A model generated the notes under the pieces. The model was not told the origin of the DNA, did no database searches, and worked only from the letters and a program-made list of their open reading frames with translations. The position numbers and the translations under genes are program-made. A DNA stretch of 63,551 nucleotides, the filler included, from Octopus bimaculoides (taxonomy: Eukaryota), in NCBI RefSeq assembly GCF_001194135.2. It is 14 parts of 13 records of this genome, joined end to end, with 100 filler letters (N's around TTAATTAATTAA, not from the genome) between each part and the next. Parts side by side here need not be neighbours in the genome. Positions count along the whole stretch, not along the records: positions 1 to 3,189 come from NW_026306484.1; positions 3,290 to 7,576 come from NC_068982.1; positions 7,677 to 10,040 come from NW_026302397.1; positions 10,141 to 21,086 come from NC_069008.1; 10 more parts are not named here. One strand, given 5' to 3'. Position 1 is the first letter of the stretch. The number at the start of each line of letters is the position of its first letter. Shown piece by piece: positions 1-13,329 of this stretch.

Positions 1-187
1 ATATATATTTATAACTGCAAAAGAAACAATAAATTATCCGATGCCTTGAAGAGTCGAAGACAAAAACAGAAAGAAAGCGAGAAAGTGCATTGTTATAAAC
101 AATACAAACATTATTATTATCATTATTATTATTATCATTATTATTATTATAAAACATTAGAAAAATAAGACAGGAACCATTGTTTTC

Positions 188-226
<39 letters not shown>

Positions 227-647
227 TATTATTCTTTTATCCTTATTTTTTTGTTATTGTTATTGTTATTATTGATATGTTCTTTCCTATTATCATATAT
301 TATTATTATTTGTTAGTATCCTTATTATTATTATTATTGTTATTATTACGTATGAATTCTTAATTGTTATTCGTGTTTATGAATTATGATTAATGACTAA
401 TACAAACTTATGATTACCGTTGTGGTTGTTCTTATTCTTTTTGTCACATCTTTCACACCATGCAAATCACCTATCAATCATTATTCGTGGATATGTGCTG
501 TTGTTGTGTTGTTGTGTTGTTGTTGTTATCACCACCACCACCATCATCATCATCATCATTATCACCACCACCATCATCACATCACCATCATCATCATCAT
601 CATCACCATCATCACCATCATCATCATCATCATCATCACCACCACAC

Positions 648-1067
648 TAGTTGTATACTGTCAACTTATTCCCTTCAGGGGACTGTCACATTAAGTTGAC
701 AGCATACAACTACTTCATTGTATCACTACTGCATAAATCTTTCTGAGAGATTCAGAAATATATTATTTCTAAATTTGAAATCAGTGAATGTGTTTCACTA
801 GAATTATTATATGTTTACAAGAGCTTGACAGGCATCTTCGACTAGCAGGCCATTGCTAATCCAGACTGATGACGAGCAAAGACTCAGAAACTAGTCTCTG
901 GATGCAGGCTTAGCTGGGTGGAGGTGCTTGTCTCCCCCTTGTAAACATAAGGACACAGGAAATATGTCAAGGCCGACAGGAAGTGGTACAGCTTCCTAGG
1001 TCTAACCAACAGTAGTATCATTCCCTTCAGGGGACTGTGACATTAAGTTGACAGCATACAACTACTT
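648..1067 (+). mobile_element. Hammerhead-bearing non-autonomous element (retrozyme/Penelope pLTR-like)
   Basis: 48-bp direct repeat at 668-715 and 1020-1067 (1 mismatch; period 352 bp). 21-bp inverted arm 648-668 pairs with 692-712 and 1044-1064. The hammerhead lies inside the unit. Confidence 0.5.
859..903 (+). ncRNA. Minimal type I hammerhead ribozyme motif
   Basis: ATCCAGA (stem I, 859-865), CTGATGA core, c-GAG-caaaga-CTC-a (stem II), GAAA, palindromic ACTAGT helix III, GTC cleavage triplet (894-896), TCTGGAT (897-903, perfect 7-bp partner of stem I). The base pair closing stem II is a C-A mismatch. Confidence 0.75.
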
Positions 1068-1405
1068 TAAAAGAGCTTTGTTTTAGCTCCCACATGAGAT
1101 GCTCCTACATAAAGTTGGTTATGGGAAAAGCTTGGTTGTTCAAGATGCAATCCAGCAACTTTTAGCGTTTGTCCCTGGCTTTTATTAATGCTCATGGCAA
1201 AAGAAGCTTCGATAGGAAACAATAATAACCGCTTGAATTGGAATGGGACATTAGATGGTATAACTGGTATGCGAGGAGTGTAGACGGTCTCGCCTTTACC
1301 ACAACCAGTGAGAATATTGGCCTCAATGCAGTTCTTCATGAGTTCGTGCACAATTAATCTTGTACTATTGCATAATTTCGGTTGAGACAAATTATGTAAC
1401 AGCAT
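1067..1405 (-). mobile_element. Helitron PIF1-like helicase C-terminal fragment (pseudogenic)
   Basis: Translation has KLCNSTRL, GETVYTPRIP, FQFKR..FPI..SFAMSINKSQGQTL and FSHNQLYVGASHV, the C-terminal motifs of Helitron RepHel/PIF1 helicases. No upstream domain is present. Confidence 0.9.
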
Positions 1406-1459
1406 AATAGGAGTCCATTATCTCAGCTGAAGACAATGAAGAGCTGTTCTTGGTGGTTC

Positions 1460-1580
1460 TGGTAAGTTCTTTTCCAGATCAGATTGGAGCCTGGTGCAGC
1501 CTCCTGGCTTGCCAGCCCTCAGCCAAACCATCCAACCCATGCAAGCATGAAAAGCAGACGTTAAACGGCGATGATGGTGA
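1460..1580 (+). mobile_element. RTE-type 3' tail fragment
   Basis: gattggagcctggtg...ccaacccatgcaagcatgaaaagcagacgttaaacggcgatgatg matches the tail of the RTE copy ending at 46154. Confidence 0.7.
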
Positions 1581-1914
1581 GAGGTCTCACTGACTGGAAG
1601 CTAGCCATTATTTTCCAGTATTTAATATCATTATCCTCTACCAATATGTGGTGGTGAATTAATCACTTTCTCAGCATAACACTGCCATCTGATTGTCGGG
1701 TCCCATTAGCAGAGTCTACTCTCTCACTAGCGTTCAAGCCAAACATTCCCTTTCAATGTCAAGTACAGGAAAATATTCTGAAATATTTGTGCATTGTGCA
1801 TGAAGGTAGGTTTGAAATATTGCGGGTTAAATAATAAAAAAAACAAAACGAAGCATTTAAAATTTTAGCACAAGAAGCAGGTTTAATTAACTAAAAGCAA
1901 TAAATCTGTATCGT

Positions 1915-2175
1915 GTATATTTACATGTGTATGTGTGTGTATATGTGTGTGTATACTTATACATACATATGCATATAAATATACATGTGTATATGTATGT
2001 ATATAAATATATATGTGTGTGAGTGTGTATACTTACACACACATATATATATACGTGTGTATACGTATGCATATGTATATACATATATCTATATAAATAT
2101 ATGTGCGTGTGTATGTATTATGCATGTGTATATATATATACATATATATATATATACACACACACATATATATAC

Positions 2176-2216
<41 letters not shown>

Positions 2217-2292
2217 CACACATATAGAGAGGGGGAGGAGACAGAGGCAAAGAGAGAGAGGAGCAAGAGAGATAGGTACAGATAGAATGCAA

Positions 2293-2353
<61 letters not shown>

Positions 2354-2354
2354 C

Positions 2355-2417
<63 letters not shown>

Positions 2418-2470
2418 CCGATGGATATATATATAGATAGATAGATAGACCGATGGATAGATACATAGAT
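1915..2470. repeat. Compound microsatellite (TA/CA)n, (GA)n, (GATA)n
   Basis: Directly visible simple repeats. Confidence 0.95.
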
Positions 2471-2930
2471 AATGATTAATATAAATAGTAATAGTTATAT
2501 ATAGATAAAGGCAAACAGGAAAAAACATTTTTTTATTGCACAGAGAGTGTTATGAAAACACCATCTTGCACACAACAATAAAATACTGACTGTTGCTATA
2601 TTTTGTTTCTTCAGTCGACAATTTATTGAGTTAGATTCTATATAAAAGGGCAAAACAACTTGTATATATTCTAGGGGAAAGTAACAAATAATTTATTATT
2701 ATTTGCAAGAAGATATTTATGGAAAAACAGAGCCATTTTTAGTACTGGCGTGAAATATAATACTTCAGAGAGCTCTTTACCGAAACATTGCATAATGTAT
2801 GTGCGTGGATGAATAAATTTAGTGTGCAGACTGACCAGGGTGAAGTAGCAAGCAAAATTGTTTGATAGAATACACACACACACACACATTCACCCACACG
2901 TATACATACATATGTATGTATGTATGTGTG

Positions 2931-3139
2931 TTATTTCTTTACTACCCACAAGGGGCTACACACAGAGGGGACAAACAAGGACAGACAAACGGATCAAGTC
3001 GATTACATCGACCCCAGTGCGTAACTGGTACTTATTTAATCGACCCCGAAAGGATGAAAGGCAAAGTCGACCTCGGCGGAGTTTGAACTCAGAACGTAGC
3101 GGCAGACGAAATGCCGCTAAGCATTTCGCCCGGCGTGCT
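2931..3139 (-). mobile_element. tRNA-derived SINE, family A (about 220 bp)
   Basis: The reverse complement carries the B-box-like GAGTTCAAA.TCC and the family body gaggtcgactttgcctttcatcctttcggggtcgat, seen more than 10 times in the window. Confidence 0.85.
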
Positions 3140-3190
3140 GACTATATATACAGAACCTCCTGGAAAATAACCATAGCGAGGGATATTCCN

Positions 3191-3289
3191 NNNNNNNNNN
3201 NNNNNNNNNNNNNNNNNNNNNNNNNNNNNNNNNTTAATTAATTAANNNNNNNNNNNNNNNNNNNNNNNNNNNNNNNNNNNNNNNNNNNN
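3191..3289. other. Assembly gap with artificial TTAATTAATTAA linker (representative of many)
   Basis: The same 12-mer embedded in Ns recurs at about 7621, 10085, 21131, 27601, 29434, 34356, 36868, 41926, 49572, 52996, 54838 and 62086. Confidence 0.95.
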
Positions 3290-3755
<466 letters not shown>

Positions 3756-4515
3756 AGTTGGTGGTAGTAGTACAATTTGCTGCTTCGTTTATTATTATGA
3801 ATGTTGTTTTCGTTGACAAGAAGGTTTTTTTTTCTTTTTGCTGTAGTAGTTATTGTAAGTTGTTGCTTCTTCCCCCACAATTTACAAAAAAAAAAAATAA
3901 AAATAATAATAATTGACATTATGACAATATTATTTTTTTCTTATCTACAAAAGCCTACACAATTTGTTACCATTTGTAGATACTGAATTATTTCTAAACA
4001 CGCACGCACACACGAACACGCACTTACACACACACGTTGACACATGCGCATTCACTCGCTCACTCAATTACACACACTCTCTCATAAGCACACAGAAACT
4101 AATATATGTATCAATACAAATTGCACAGAGACACCATCGTCACACAAGCCAATATATAAGCGTGTGATAGATGTGTGTTTGTGTATGTGCATGTATATCC
4201 TTTTACCTATGTATGTGTATATGTAAGCATGAATGTATGTATGTATGTATGTATGTATGTATGTATGTATGTATCTGTATAGAGAGATATATACACGCAT
4301 ATCAACATATATATGGATGTGTTTATGTATGTACGTATACATATATGAACTTCTCTAGATAAAGAATCACATATACTTGTATTCATATCAGCCTGTATAC
4401 ATGCTGATATCGATAAATTCCTACACTCATCACAAGTTTTCCCACTAATTATATCAATAAAATAAATACCTTTTATTTGTTCATATTTACTTTTTGGATA
4501 ATATTTCTTACCAGC

Positions 4516-4735
4516 AAGGTGACGAGCTGGTAGAAACGTTAGCACGCCGGGCGAAATGCTTGGCGTTATTTCGTCTGTCTTTACGTTCTAAGTTCAAATT
4601 CTGCCGAGGTAGACTTTGCCTTTCATCCTTTCGGGGTCGATAAATTAAGTACCAATTGTGTACTGAGGTCGATCTAATTGACTGGCCCCCACCTCCCCCC
4701 GAAAAGTTTCGGGCCTTGTGCCTCGAGTAGAAAAG
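4516..4735 (+). mobile_element. tRNA-derived SINE family A, full length with 16-bp TSD
   Basis: A-box-like GAGCTGGTAGAAACGTTAG and B-box-like AAGTTCAAATTC. Flanked by a perfect duplication aatatttcttaccagc at 4500-4515 and 4736-4751. Confidence 0.92.
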
Positions 4736-7700
4736 AATATTTCTTACCAGCTTTATACTCGGAGTAAACAGAACACAGTAATATATGGTTCTATTGTTTT
4801 ATATTCACTATACATAATATCTATAGAAATATCTATAGAAATATCTATAGAGTAGCAAATGTGTTAGTATCACAATTTGTAGTATTGTAGTCATTATACT
4901 TTTTATCCAGAGGTTGGAATACACTCACTCAATGTACTATAATTACACTAGTATTAGCGTAAAGTCCTTTTTATTTTGACCGTTTCATCGACGTAGCGTA
5001 GTCTATGCGCGCAATTTATTCGTAAAATCCTAACCGCCAAGATATTTTGCTATACTTCGCGTCAGTAAAGATGTATTCTTTTGAAGAGAAATGTAATGTA
5101 TTCACCATACCTTTTTCCAAATATTTTTTTAGTATTGCAAGAACTTTTAAAAAGCCATTGGCATGTAAGACTTTCACTGTCGTAGACCGAAAGAGGCTGA
5201 AAGTACACTCTTCCATTTCATTGTTTTCCCCCTTCTCATGACCTGAACTCTTTCAAGTTTAAAGTAAATTCATTCCTTTCGTTAAATTTCTGCTTCTTCA
5301 TAGTCTCTTACACTAAATGGTTTCTCACCTTTGGGGCTTTAGTGGTAGTAGTAGTAGAACGGGTGGTGGGGATTTACTGTAACAACGCGTCGCTGCATCC
5401 ACCATGTGTTAGTGATTCTCAATTACTCTTAGCGGATAACGTCTTTGCATCACTCAGGCGACAACCCTCCAAGCCATGGAGTAGTTGTTGCTGGTGAGGG
5501 TTTCACGCGGTCAGAGTACAAATCCTACCTCAACCTCTTTTAGTCGCCTTTTACGGCATGTTGGGGAAACATTCGGTCAATTCTTTCACATATCACTCTT
5601 CACAAATCACTAGAGCAACGTGAACTGAAGTGTTTTGCTTAAGAACACCACATACCGTCTGATCCGGGAATAGCACCCACGCGATTCTGGCAACTGTGAG
5701 TGCAATACCTTAACCACTAGGCTACGCGTCTTCGCATTGAGATTTTTTTTTATATACAAAAAATGCATTTATTCTGCAAGTATGAAATCGAAACTTCTGA
5801 TTGAGGAAAAGAAACAGGTTTCTCAACCTGTATTGTTTCTCTAGTATCAATGTTTTCTCTTGAAATGATGTACAACACAGAACTAATTGAATATTAAACA
5901 GAATGAAATTCACACAGTTATCCTTATATTTCAGTCTAGAAAGGTCATAAGAATCGGTGGAAACTTTCTATATTTTGGAAAGCGATGTAAACCAATATAT
6001 CTGGTGATAGTCTCATGCGATGCAAAACAAGTGTATGTTTTTATTTAATTTCTATACTGATATATTCACCAATAAATAAATACAAATTAGAACTATATAA
6101 TATTGCTAAGATTTGTTATCTGATAACGATGTTTGCAGAGAGCATCAACACTTTTTAGTTTACAGTATCTATCTTCCTAATCTATACTTTTAATAAAGAG
6201 TGTGAATATTTTTTTTTTCTCTGATCTGATTTTCATAAACACATTCATCTAATTTCTAAGCGATGAATAAAGTTTATTTGCTATTGAATTAAATAAGATA
6301 TGTTATCAGAAAACAGTAGGAACCTTTTATTTTGTATGGATGTATATTAGATAAAATGAAGCATAAGTAATCTAAATCAAATTTCGATGTTTTCCTTTCC
6401 GTTTTACTTGTTACTCGCCATATTTCAATATGGGATTCTGTTCTTGTAAAACAAAGAGATAAAATATATCACACAAAACGTGACGACAGACATCATGCTT
6501 TAATAGTCTATGAACTAAAACTAATTTCAAGAAATTGGTACGAATCGATAGACAAATATAATTAATATCCTCAACCATATTAGGTCATAAAAGCGGTCGT
6601 TTTACCTGTGCGAAAAGTTAGTAATGTTTATTGTCAAATGGTTGCCATCTGTCGTCTGCCAGCAATTTACCTATAATAAATTGTTCAGAGGAGAAATATA
6701 AATACATTTGAAACAGCTGTTCCCAACAACTAATATAAAATGATCTTTCAACGAAGAGGTTAACAAACACTAAAATAAAACTGCAATCACTCATGCATAA
6801 ATACTTATGTGTTTATGTGTATGTATGTGTATGTGACTACATAGATATGTGTGGCCGGGAGGCGAAGTTTTTTTCCCATGAGAGTTCCGAACCAAGTAAT
6901 GAACTTATTTGCATACAACCAATCAGAGCTCAACTATCCAACTAGTGTTCACCTAGTCACGAAAATGCTCTGGTTGAGTTCAGTGGAAAATGTGCGTTAT
7001 AGCAAAATCTAACTGTTCTAAACGGGTTTATAGGGGTGACACATGTGAAAATTAGAGTATAAAGTGAATGGAGAGCTGCTCATCGATGATGCCATGGTGT
7101 GTCACACACACACACACGCGCGCGCACGCACACACACACAGACATGCACACTACTCATACACATACATCTGTGTATACAAGTAAATGCCAAGTGGATAAC
7201 ATAAAACTTGATATTGATTTAATTGATTGAACAGTATATCTGATTACATTAACATTATTTGCACACGCTGGAGCATTTTTTATTTAAATATATTATTACC
7301 AAGGCCATCGATGAAACCATACGGCTGCAGTACTCGACTTCGTCTGATCTGTTGTGGAAAACTGTAGTAGATTTGCGCCTGAGAGAATTTATTATAAAAA
7401 CCTTCTTTACCCACTAAATGAAATGATAGACGATTGTTGTTACTGTTCCTAGAAATTAGGTTAGAACGTTGCTTTCTCCCCACTCTTCTTTGATTATTCG
7501 TAATAAGTGATATTCATTAAATAGAGACTTGCACTGTTTTAATTCACGGACATTATCATCAGCTTCTTAATATATANNNNNNNNNNNNNNNNNNNNNNNN
7601 NNNNNNNNNNNNNNNNNNNNTTAATTAATTAANNNNNNNNNNNNNNNNNNNNNNNNNNNNNNNNNNNNNNNNNNNNTGTTTCCTTCCTTCTTATGTGTGT

Positions 7701-7744
7701 CTCACCTTGCTAGATATCAGCCTCCCGTACGGGAGGAGGCTCTT

Positions 7745-7880
7745 TGATTCTATCGCTCCCAGTAATTGATTGGTATTTTATTTTATCGACCCCGGAGGGA
7801 TGAAAGACCCCGGCGGAATTTGAACTCAGAACGTAACGATTTGAAAGGATTACCGCTCGTTTTTTTGTCCGACGCTCTAA
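7745..7880 (-). mobile_element. SINE family A, degenerate partial copy
   Basis: ttatcgacccc...gatgaaag...ggcggaatttgaactcagaacgta. Confidence 0.7.
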
Positions 7881-7884
7881 CACT

Positions 7885-8095
7885 GTATTAATGACGAGTG
7901 GAAGAGTACAGATGAGTTAAGTCAGGCGAGCCTGAGTGAAGATTGCATGAGGCCAGCTGAAGTGGAGATTGCAATTCTGAGTAGGGCAGAGACAACTGTT
8001 GTAGCGTCGGAAGTGGGAGAGAAAATAGTCTGTGCAGGCGAGGGAGTTCGGAGTGTGTTACTAACACAGGCTGTCACTAGTTTCTTTCGATCAAC
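7885..8095 (-). mobile_element. Possible LINE (CR1/Jockey-like) ORF2 3' remnant
   Basis: The minus frame reads LSHFRRYNSCLC, resembling the LSLFYRYY.G.CS motif at the end of such ORF2s. Heavily decayed. Confidence 0.3.
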
Positions 8096-8297
8096 TGTTT
8101 TATTCTGATACTAACGTATCTTTGGAGACGGCCATCTTTCAACATTAATACGCTTTTATTGTATTGGCGGACATGTTGATTGATAATGATGCTGCTGATG
8201 TTGATGTTTGAGCATGGATGAGCCCTGAATGAGCAGGCCCATGATCAAAGGCATTCTAACTGTGACTATCTCTTCTTTATTTTAGACATTCTATATC

Positions 8298-8508
8298 CTT
8301 TCTACTTTAGGCACAAGGCCTGAAATTTTGGTGGAGGGGATAAGTCGATTTACATCGATCCCCAGTGCTCGACTGGTATTTAATTTATCAACACCGAAAA
8401 GGTGAAAGGCAAAGTCAACCTCAGCGGAATTTGAACTCAGAACGTAAGGACGGACGAAATGCCGCTAACCAATTTGCCTGGCGCGCTAACGATTCTGCCA
8501 CCTCGCCG
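8298..8508 (-). mobile_element. SINE family A, near full length with TSD
   Basis: Family body on the minus strand; ctttattttagacat is repeated on both flanks (about 8275 and 8509). Confidence 0.85.
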
Positions 8509-9309
8509 GCTTTATTTTAGACATCTTATATCAAGAACTATTTCATTCAATAGGTTCAACTTTCTTTCTAGGCAGCAGAGTACACTTTGAAGGACATCTG
8601 GTTGCTATTTCCAGCGTGTCGAGTGGATTATATTTTAGTCCTATCTAGAGTTAGACTATTCAACGTATCCGATGTATATTTTACCATTGTTTAGTCTGAT
8701 TTGATGAAGATTCTGCTGTTGTTTCTAGCAGACTGAGTGGCGCTGATGTTGTTACCATTGTTTCTGCTAATGGCCAGTTCCGTTCATTTCCATTTTCATC
8801 CCTCCCCAACTCCTCACATCCTTGTGTAACGTCCACGTTCATTTAATTTTTTCTTTCCTTTCAATCCATCCATAACTTTTTTTTTAGTCTTCGTTAATTG
8901 TTTCTGTATATTACTTTTTCGTTGTCTTTTGCGTGTGTATGTGTGTTTTGTTTTGTTTTGTTTTTTTATAATATTATTATTTTGATCTTTTCTGTCCAAC
9001 AGAACAAAGAGAATGTTTAATTCGGGAAACCTTTTCGTTTCGGAAACGACGGGTGGTGGAGTTGGTTTGGGAGTGGGAGGTGTTCAGGTGTCAGGATGCT
9101 GGATATGAAAAATTGGTGTGACAGATACAGTTGAGTGTCATTGAGAAAATGGTTTCCATGGTGTTTCAGTTACAATAGATTTATATACGTTTAGACACAC
9201 GAACACCCATGCACATAGTAGCGATACTAGGGAAGAGGCGAGCAGTGGGTTGTCCGCCACAGCCAACGCTTTTAGGGGGGGGGGGAAGATGACATATGAG
9301 CCTAAGTGA

Positions 9310-9560
9310 AGGTGCGTGGCTGAGTGGTTAGGTCATGAGTTCGATTTCCGGCAGCGCGTTGAGCCCTTGAGCAAGATACGCCATTACAGTTTTTCACATT
9401 GTTCCAGTCCACTCAGCTGGCAAAAATTAGTTGTACCTGCATTTCAAAGGCTCAGCCATGTTACATTCTGTGTCATGCTGAATCTCCCTGAGATTCTCTC
9501 TCACTTCCACGTTAATTTCACGAGTAGGCTATTCCGTTGATAGGGTCAACTGGAATACAA
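9310..9560 (+). mobile_element. tRNA-derived SINE, family C
   Basis: Head gcgtggctgagtggttagg...gagttcgatttcc (A/B boxes), then cccttgagcaag...cattgttccagtccactcagctgg. Confidence 0.65.
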
Positions 9561-9564
9561 GTTG

Positions 9565-9782
9565 ATGTAGCCCTAGATACACTGTGTCTGAATAAAAGTC
9601 AGCGTAAAACTAGAGAATGCAATCCTACATGCACTATGTCTAGTTAAAGACAGGACATATTAGACAGTGTTGTCCTAGATATACCATGTCTGAATAACTG
9701 ACAGGGCACATTAGATAACGTAGTCCTAGATGCACTATGTCTGAAGAAAGACAGAACACATGAATGATTGTATGCCTAAAGA
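9565..9782 (+). repeat. Degenerate minisatellite, about 45-50-bp unit x5
   Basis: Recurring gtagtcctagatacactatgtctgaa...gacaggacacattagata. Confidence 0.65.
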
Positions 9783-10040
9783 CACTATACTCTTTACTCT
9801 CTTTTACTCTTTTACCTGTTTCAGTCATTTGACTGCGGTCATGCTGGAGCACCGCCTTTAGTCGAGCAAATCGACCCCAGGACTTATTCTTTGGAAGCCT
9901 AGTACTTATTCTATCGGTCTCTTTTGCCGAACCGCTAAGTTACGGGGACGTAAACACACCACCATCGGTTGTCAATCGATGTTGGGGGGTTCAAACACAG
10001 ACACACAAACATACACACACACACATACATTATATATATA
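9783..10040 (-). mobile_element. SINE family B, 3' half (element has an internal TA/CA microsatellite)
   Basis: ctcttttactct...cagtcatttgactgcg...ctaagttacggggacgtaaacacaccaccatcggttgtc matches 41983-42060 and 26540-26720. Ends in (TA)n at a gap. Confidence 0.8.
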
Positions 10041-10375
10041 NNNNNNNNNNNNNNNNNNNNNNNNNNNNNNNNNNNNNNNNNNNNTTAATTAATTAANNNN
10101 NNNNNNNNNNNNNNNNNNNNNNNNNNNNNNNNNNNNNNNNTATGCTTGTTTGTGTCTATATATACGTGTATGTATGTATATATATATATATATATATACA
10201 TAGATATGAGTATGTATATATATATATATATACATAGATATGAGTATATATATATAGATATGAGTATATATATATGTATATATCTATATATCTATATGCT
10301 TGTTTGTGTCTATATATACGTGTATGTATATATATATATATACACATAGATATGAGTATATATACATAGATATGA

Positions 10376-10414
<39 letters not shown>

Positions 10415-11086
10415 GCAGAGCAATGCAATTTGGTTTTCGTGTTTACAAAGTCAAGCTTATTTGAAAGACACTCGCACAAACAGCACCACCATCACCAGCA
10501 GTAACAACAACAATAAATACCAACAAAAAAACTAAAGCAAAACAAAATGCAACAAAAAATATAATAATAAATAAAAGCCGACGCAAAACTGAGAATTGAC
10601 CTCGATTTGGAAACGTGTCAGTGACGATGCCACATCGGAGTTGTGTGAGCGAGAACAGTTTCGTCCGGTTAAAGGAAAAAATGTCCAAAGAGGGTTTGAC
10701 AGAGCAATGTCGTCGGGTCAATGGACGAACTGCGAGAATTTTTTGTGTCTTCATTTCGGAAGTAGAGGTACAAAGGGGCGTGTGTGTGTGGTGAGGGGAA
10801 TGATCGGATAGAAAACGTTTGTGCATACATTCACACACACACGCACACGCGCAGGCGCAGGCGCATATATGTGCACGCAAATGTGTTTTTTTTTGTTTTG
10901 TATTTTGACAGATGTGTTTGTGTGTGCGAATGTAGATATCTGTGTATAAATATATATGTGTACGTATACGTTTGTGTATATGCTCACGTACGTACGTACG
11001 CGCGCGCGCGTGTATTATGTGTGTACATATGTCTATATGTACATATATATAAATATGTTTGTGTATGTGTGTGTGTTCGTATACAA

Positions 11087-11126
<40 letters not shown>

Positions 11127-11277
11127 TGTCTATGTATACAATATATATGCACATATATGTAAATGTATATTCAGTATGTTGGTATGTAAATATATAAATT
11201 TTGTCATATAACACGCACGCACGCACACACACATTCATTATATATGTATATGTATGATGAAATCTGACAAAATACAA

Positions 11278-11341
<64 letters not shown>

Positions 11342-11915
11342 GTATATGTGTGTAATGGAAGACACGGTACATGAATAGGTGAGAAGAAAACACAGGAAGA
11401 GGCACAAGAACATGAAATTAAAGAATATGGCGGAGACATGGAGAAGCAGAGGCGAAGGTGACGGTCAAATGGGGATGAAGAAAGGAAGAAATGAAAGATG
11501 AAGAATTAGGAAAATAAAGAGAACGAACGTAATAAGACAGAATTGTAAAAGAAGGAAGACGAGAAGAAATAGAAAGAGAAGATGAGGAATGAGCAAGAGG
11601 GAAGAAGCAGAGAAACAGAAGATGACGATGATGGTGATGATAAAGAAGAAAAACGAAGAACGATTGGCCGATGTAATCTGGAAGACCAGCCGACGAAAAT
11701 GTGTCTTTGTGTGTTCAAACCCAACCAACGGCACAGTGTTTTCCATTGCACAAATCGAATATTTTAGACCTAACTTTACAGCTAAAAATTGGGTAGATCA
11801 ACTTTTACTCCAAGACGACTTTGGAGGACCAGAAATTTTGAGTGAAATGCACCAGGACTTGGAAAGATATTGACGAGGTTTAAATGTTTAAACTATACGT
11901 TTACACGACATGCCA

Positions 11916-12556
11916 CAGGGTGCGTAAGATATTTGAGGACGTACTTTTTTGTCAAAGTACTCGCCCCCAGCCTCCACCACCACCTCAAGACGGCTCCAGA
12001 ACCTGATATGAGTTTCTCATTGTGTTCCTGGAAAGGTTTTCGAATTCCTAAATGATCTTGGCCACCTGCTTGGCCTTGGTGTTGCAGTTAGAGCGATTGA
12101 TGTCTTTCTCAATTGCACCCAACACATAGTAATCCCTAGGATTACAGCTGGTGGAATTGGTGATGGTGGAGGGTGGGGGTGCAGAAATTGTGGATGGTGA
12201 AATCGTAGAAATTTTTTGACAACCACCTCTGACTCTTTTCGGAAATATGGCAAGAAACCGAACCTTGCTGCCGCACATACGGCCTTTGAGCAACAACTCT
12301 CTCTAGCCAAAGTTTGACCACACTTTTCTGGAGCTTGAAATAGCCGTATAAACTGAGCCTAAGGCCCTGTTCAAAGGTGTGGGGCAGAGACANNNNNNNN
12401 NNTCGGAAATATGGCAAGAAACCGAACCTTGCTGCCGCACATACGGCCTTTGAGCAACAACTCTCTCTAGCCAAAGTTTGACCACACTTTTCTGGAGCTT
12501 GAAATAGCCGTATAAACTGAGCCTAAGGCCCTGTTCAAAGGTGTGGGGCAGAGACA
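11916..12556 (-). mobile_element. Tc1/mariner transposase relic, DD37D (maT-like)
   Basis: Minus frames read VKLWLERVVAQRPYVRQQGSVSCHISEKSQRWLSKNFYDF, NSTSCNPRDYYVLGAIEKDINRSNCNT and RFWSRLEVVVEAGGEYFD. TIR-like CAGGGTG at 11916. Frameshifted, second catalytic D mutated; DD37D spacing is inferred from the remembered family consensus. Confidence 0.8.
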
Positions 12557-12664
12557 CACTCAACGGCCTCATTGGAGACACACCCAAAGGCCTCACTGGA
12601 GACACACCTAAAGGTCCTCCCTGGAGACACACCCAAAGGCCTCACGAGAGACACACCCAAAGGC
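12551..12664 (+). repeat. 24-bp minisatellite x about 5
   Basis: Unit ggagacacacccaaaggcctcact. Confidence 0.85.
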
Positions 12665-13329
12665 CATCAATTATTTTTTACATTAAAATTCTCCTACTAT
12701 ACACGTGAAAACATCAACATTATTAAAACGAGACAAGACAATAGATAATGTCGAAATTATGCATTCTGGGTCATTTTAAACACATCATAAACTGCAACAC
12801 ATTAAGCGAGTAGGTTCGGGGCACACCAACGTGCATAAATATGTTGAACTAAGTCGAAACTTCGATGTTACTGTCCCTCGTTTTCCTGCAAAAGTTCATA
12901 AACATGAACTCTACTAAAAAATACTGAGTGGTCCATCCATTTCATGCGTATTAGGAAAAGAGAAGGGTGGTCATAATTGGAATATGTCTGATTATAAATT
13001 TGATCGTTCCGCGTGTAACGTAGTGCTTAACAGCAATGGTTACATCATCGCCCGTACGTGACTATTAGCAAGATGTAGCCACCAAATGTTCACCAATGCC
13101 CTAAATGTCTTCAATAAAAAACAGGAGACAAGTTTGATTTCGAAATTTTACACAATGATAAAATCTTGTGGATAGTCACGGCTGGAATACTTCAGAATAA
13201 AATAACATTTATTTGATTAAAAGTAAAACCAAATGAGTTTTTATGCCGTTGAGAGAAATAAAAAAATCTATGTTTAGGGCTTGGTCTTTCCATTGATCAC
13301 TCTGTCTATTCTCCTGTCTATCCATTTTA

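Noticed and set aside
1887-2528. Many 60-140 aa ORFs (YIYI, CVCV, LSIY, THTH types) here and throughout the window
   Set aside because: Translations of di- and tetranucleotide microsatellites or N gaps; no coding signal.
3234-3245. TTAATTAATTAA recurring at more than a dozen sites like a regularly repeated motif
   Set aside because: Always embedded in N runs; an artificial scaffold linker, not biological.
5016-5241. Short ORFs on both strands with faint transposase-like wording
   Set aside because: No diagnostic motif could be aligned.
6607-6672. Minus-strand intron-like segment (GTAAAT...CTAAC...CAG)
   Set aside because: Flanking sequence has early stops in all frames; no exon support.
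6907-6923. Adjacent octamer ATTTGCAT and CCAAT
   Set aside because: Short motifs expected by chance in 63 kb; no linked gene or snRNA found.
7280-7483. 67-aa minus ORF with non-repetitive composition
   Set aside because: No recognisable family or splice sites.
12239-12556. 154-bp exact tandem duplication in the transposase relic
   Set aside because: The copies flank a 10-N gap; most likely an unmerged contig overlap.
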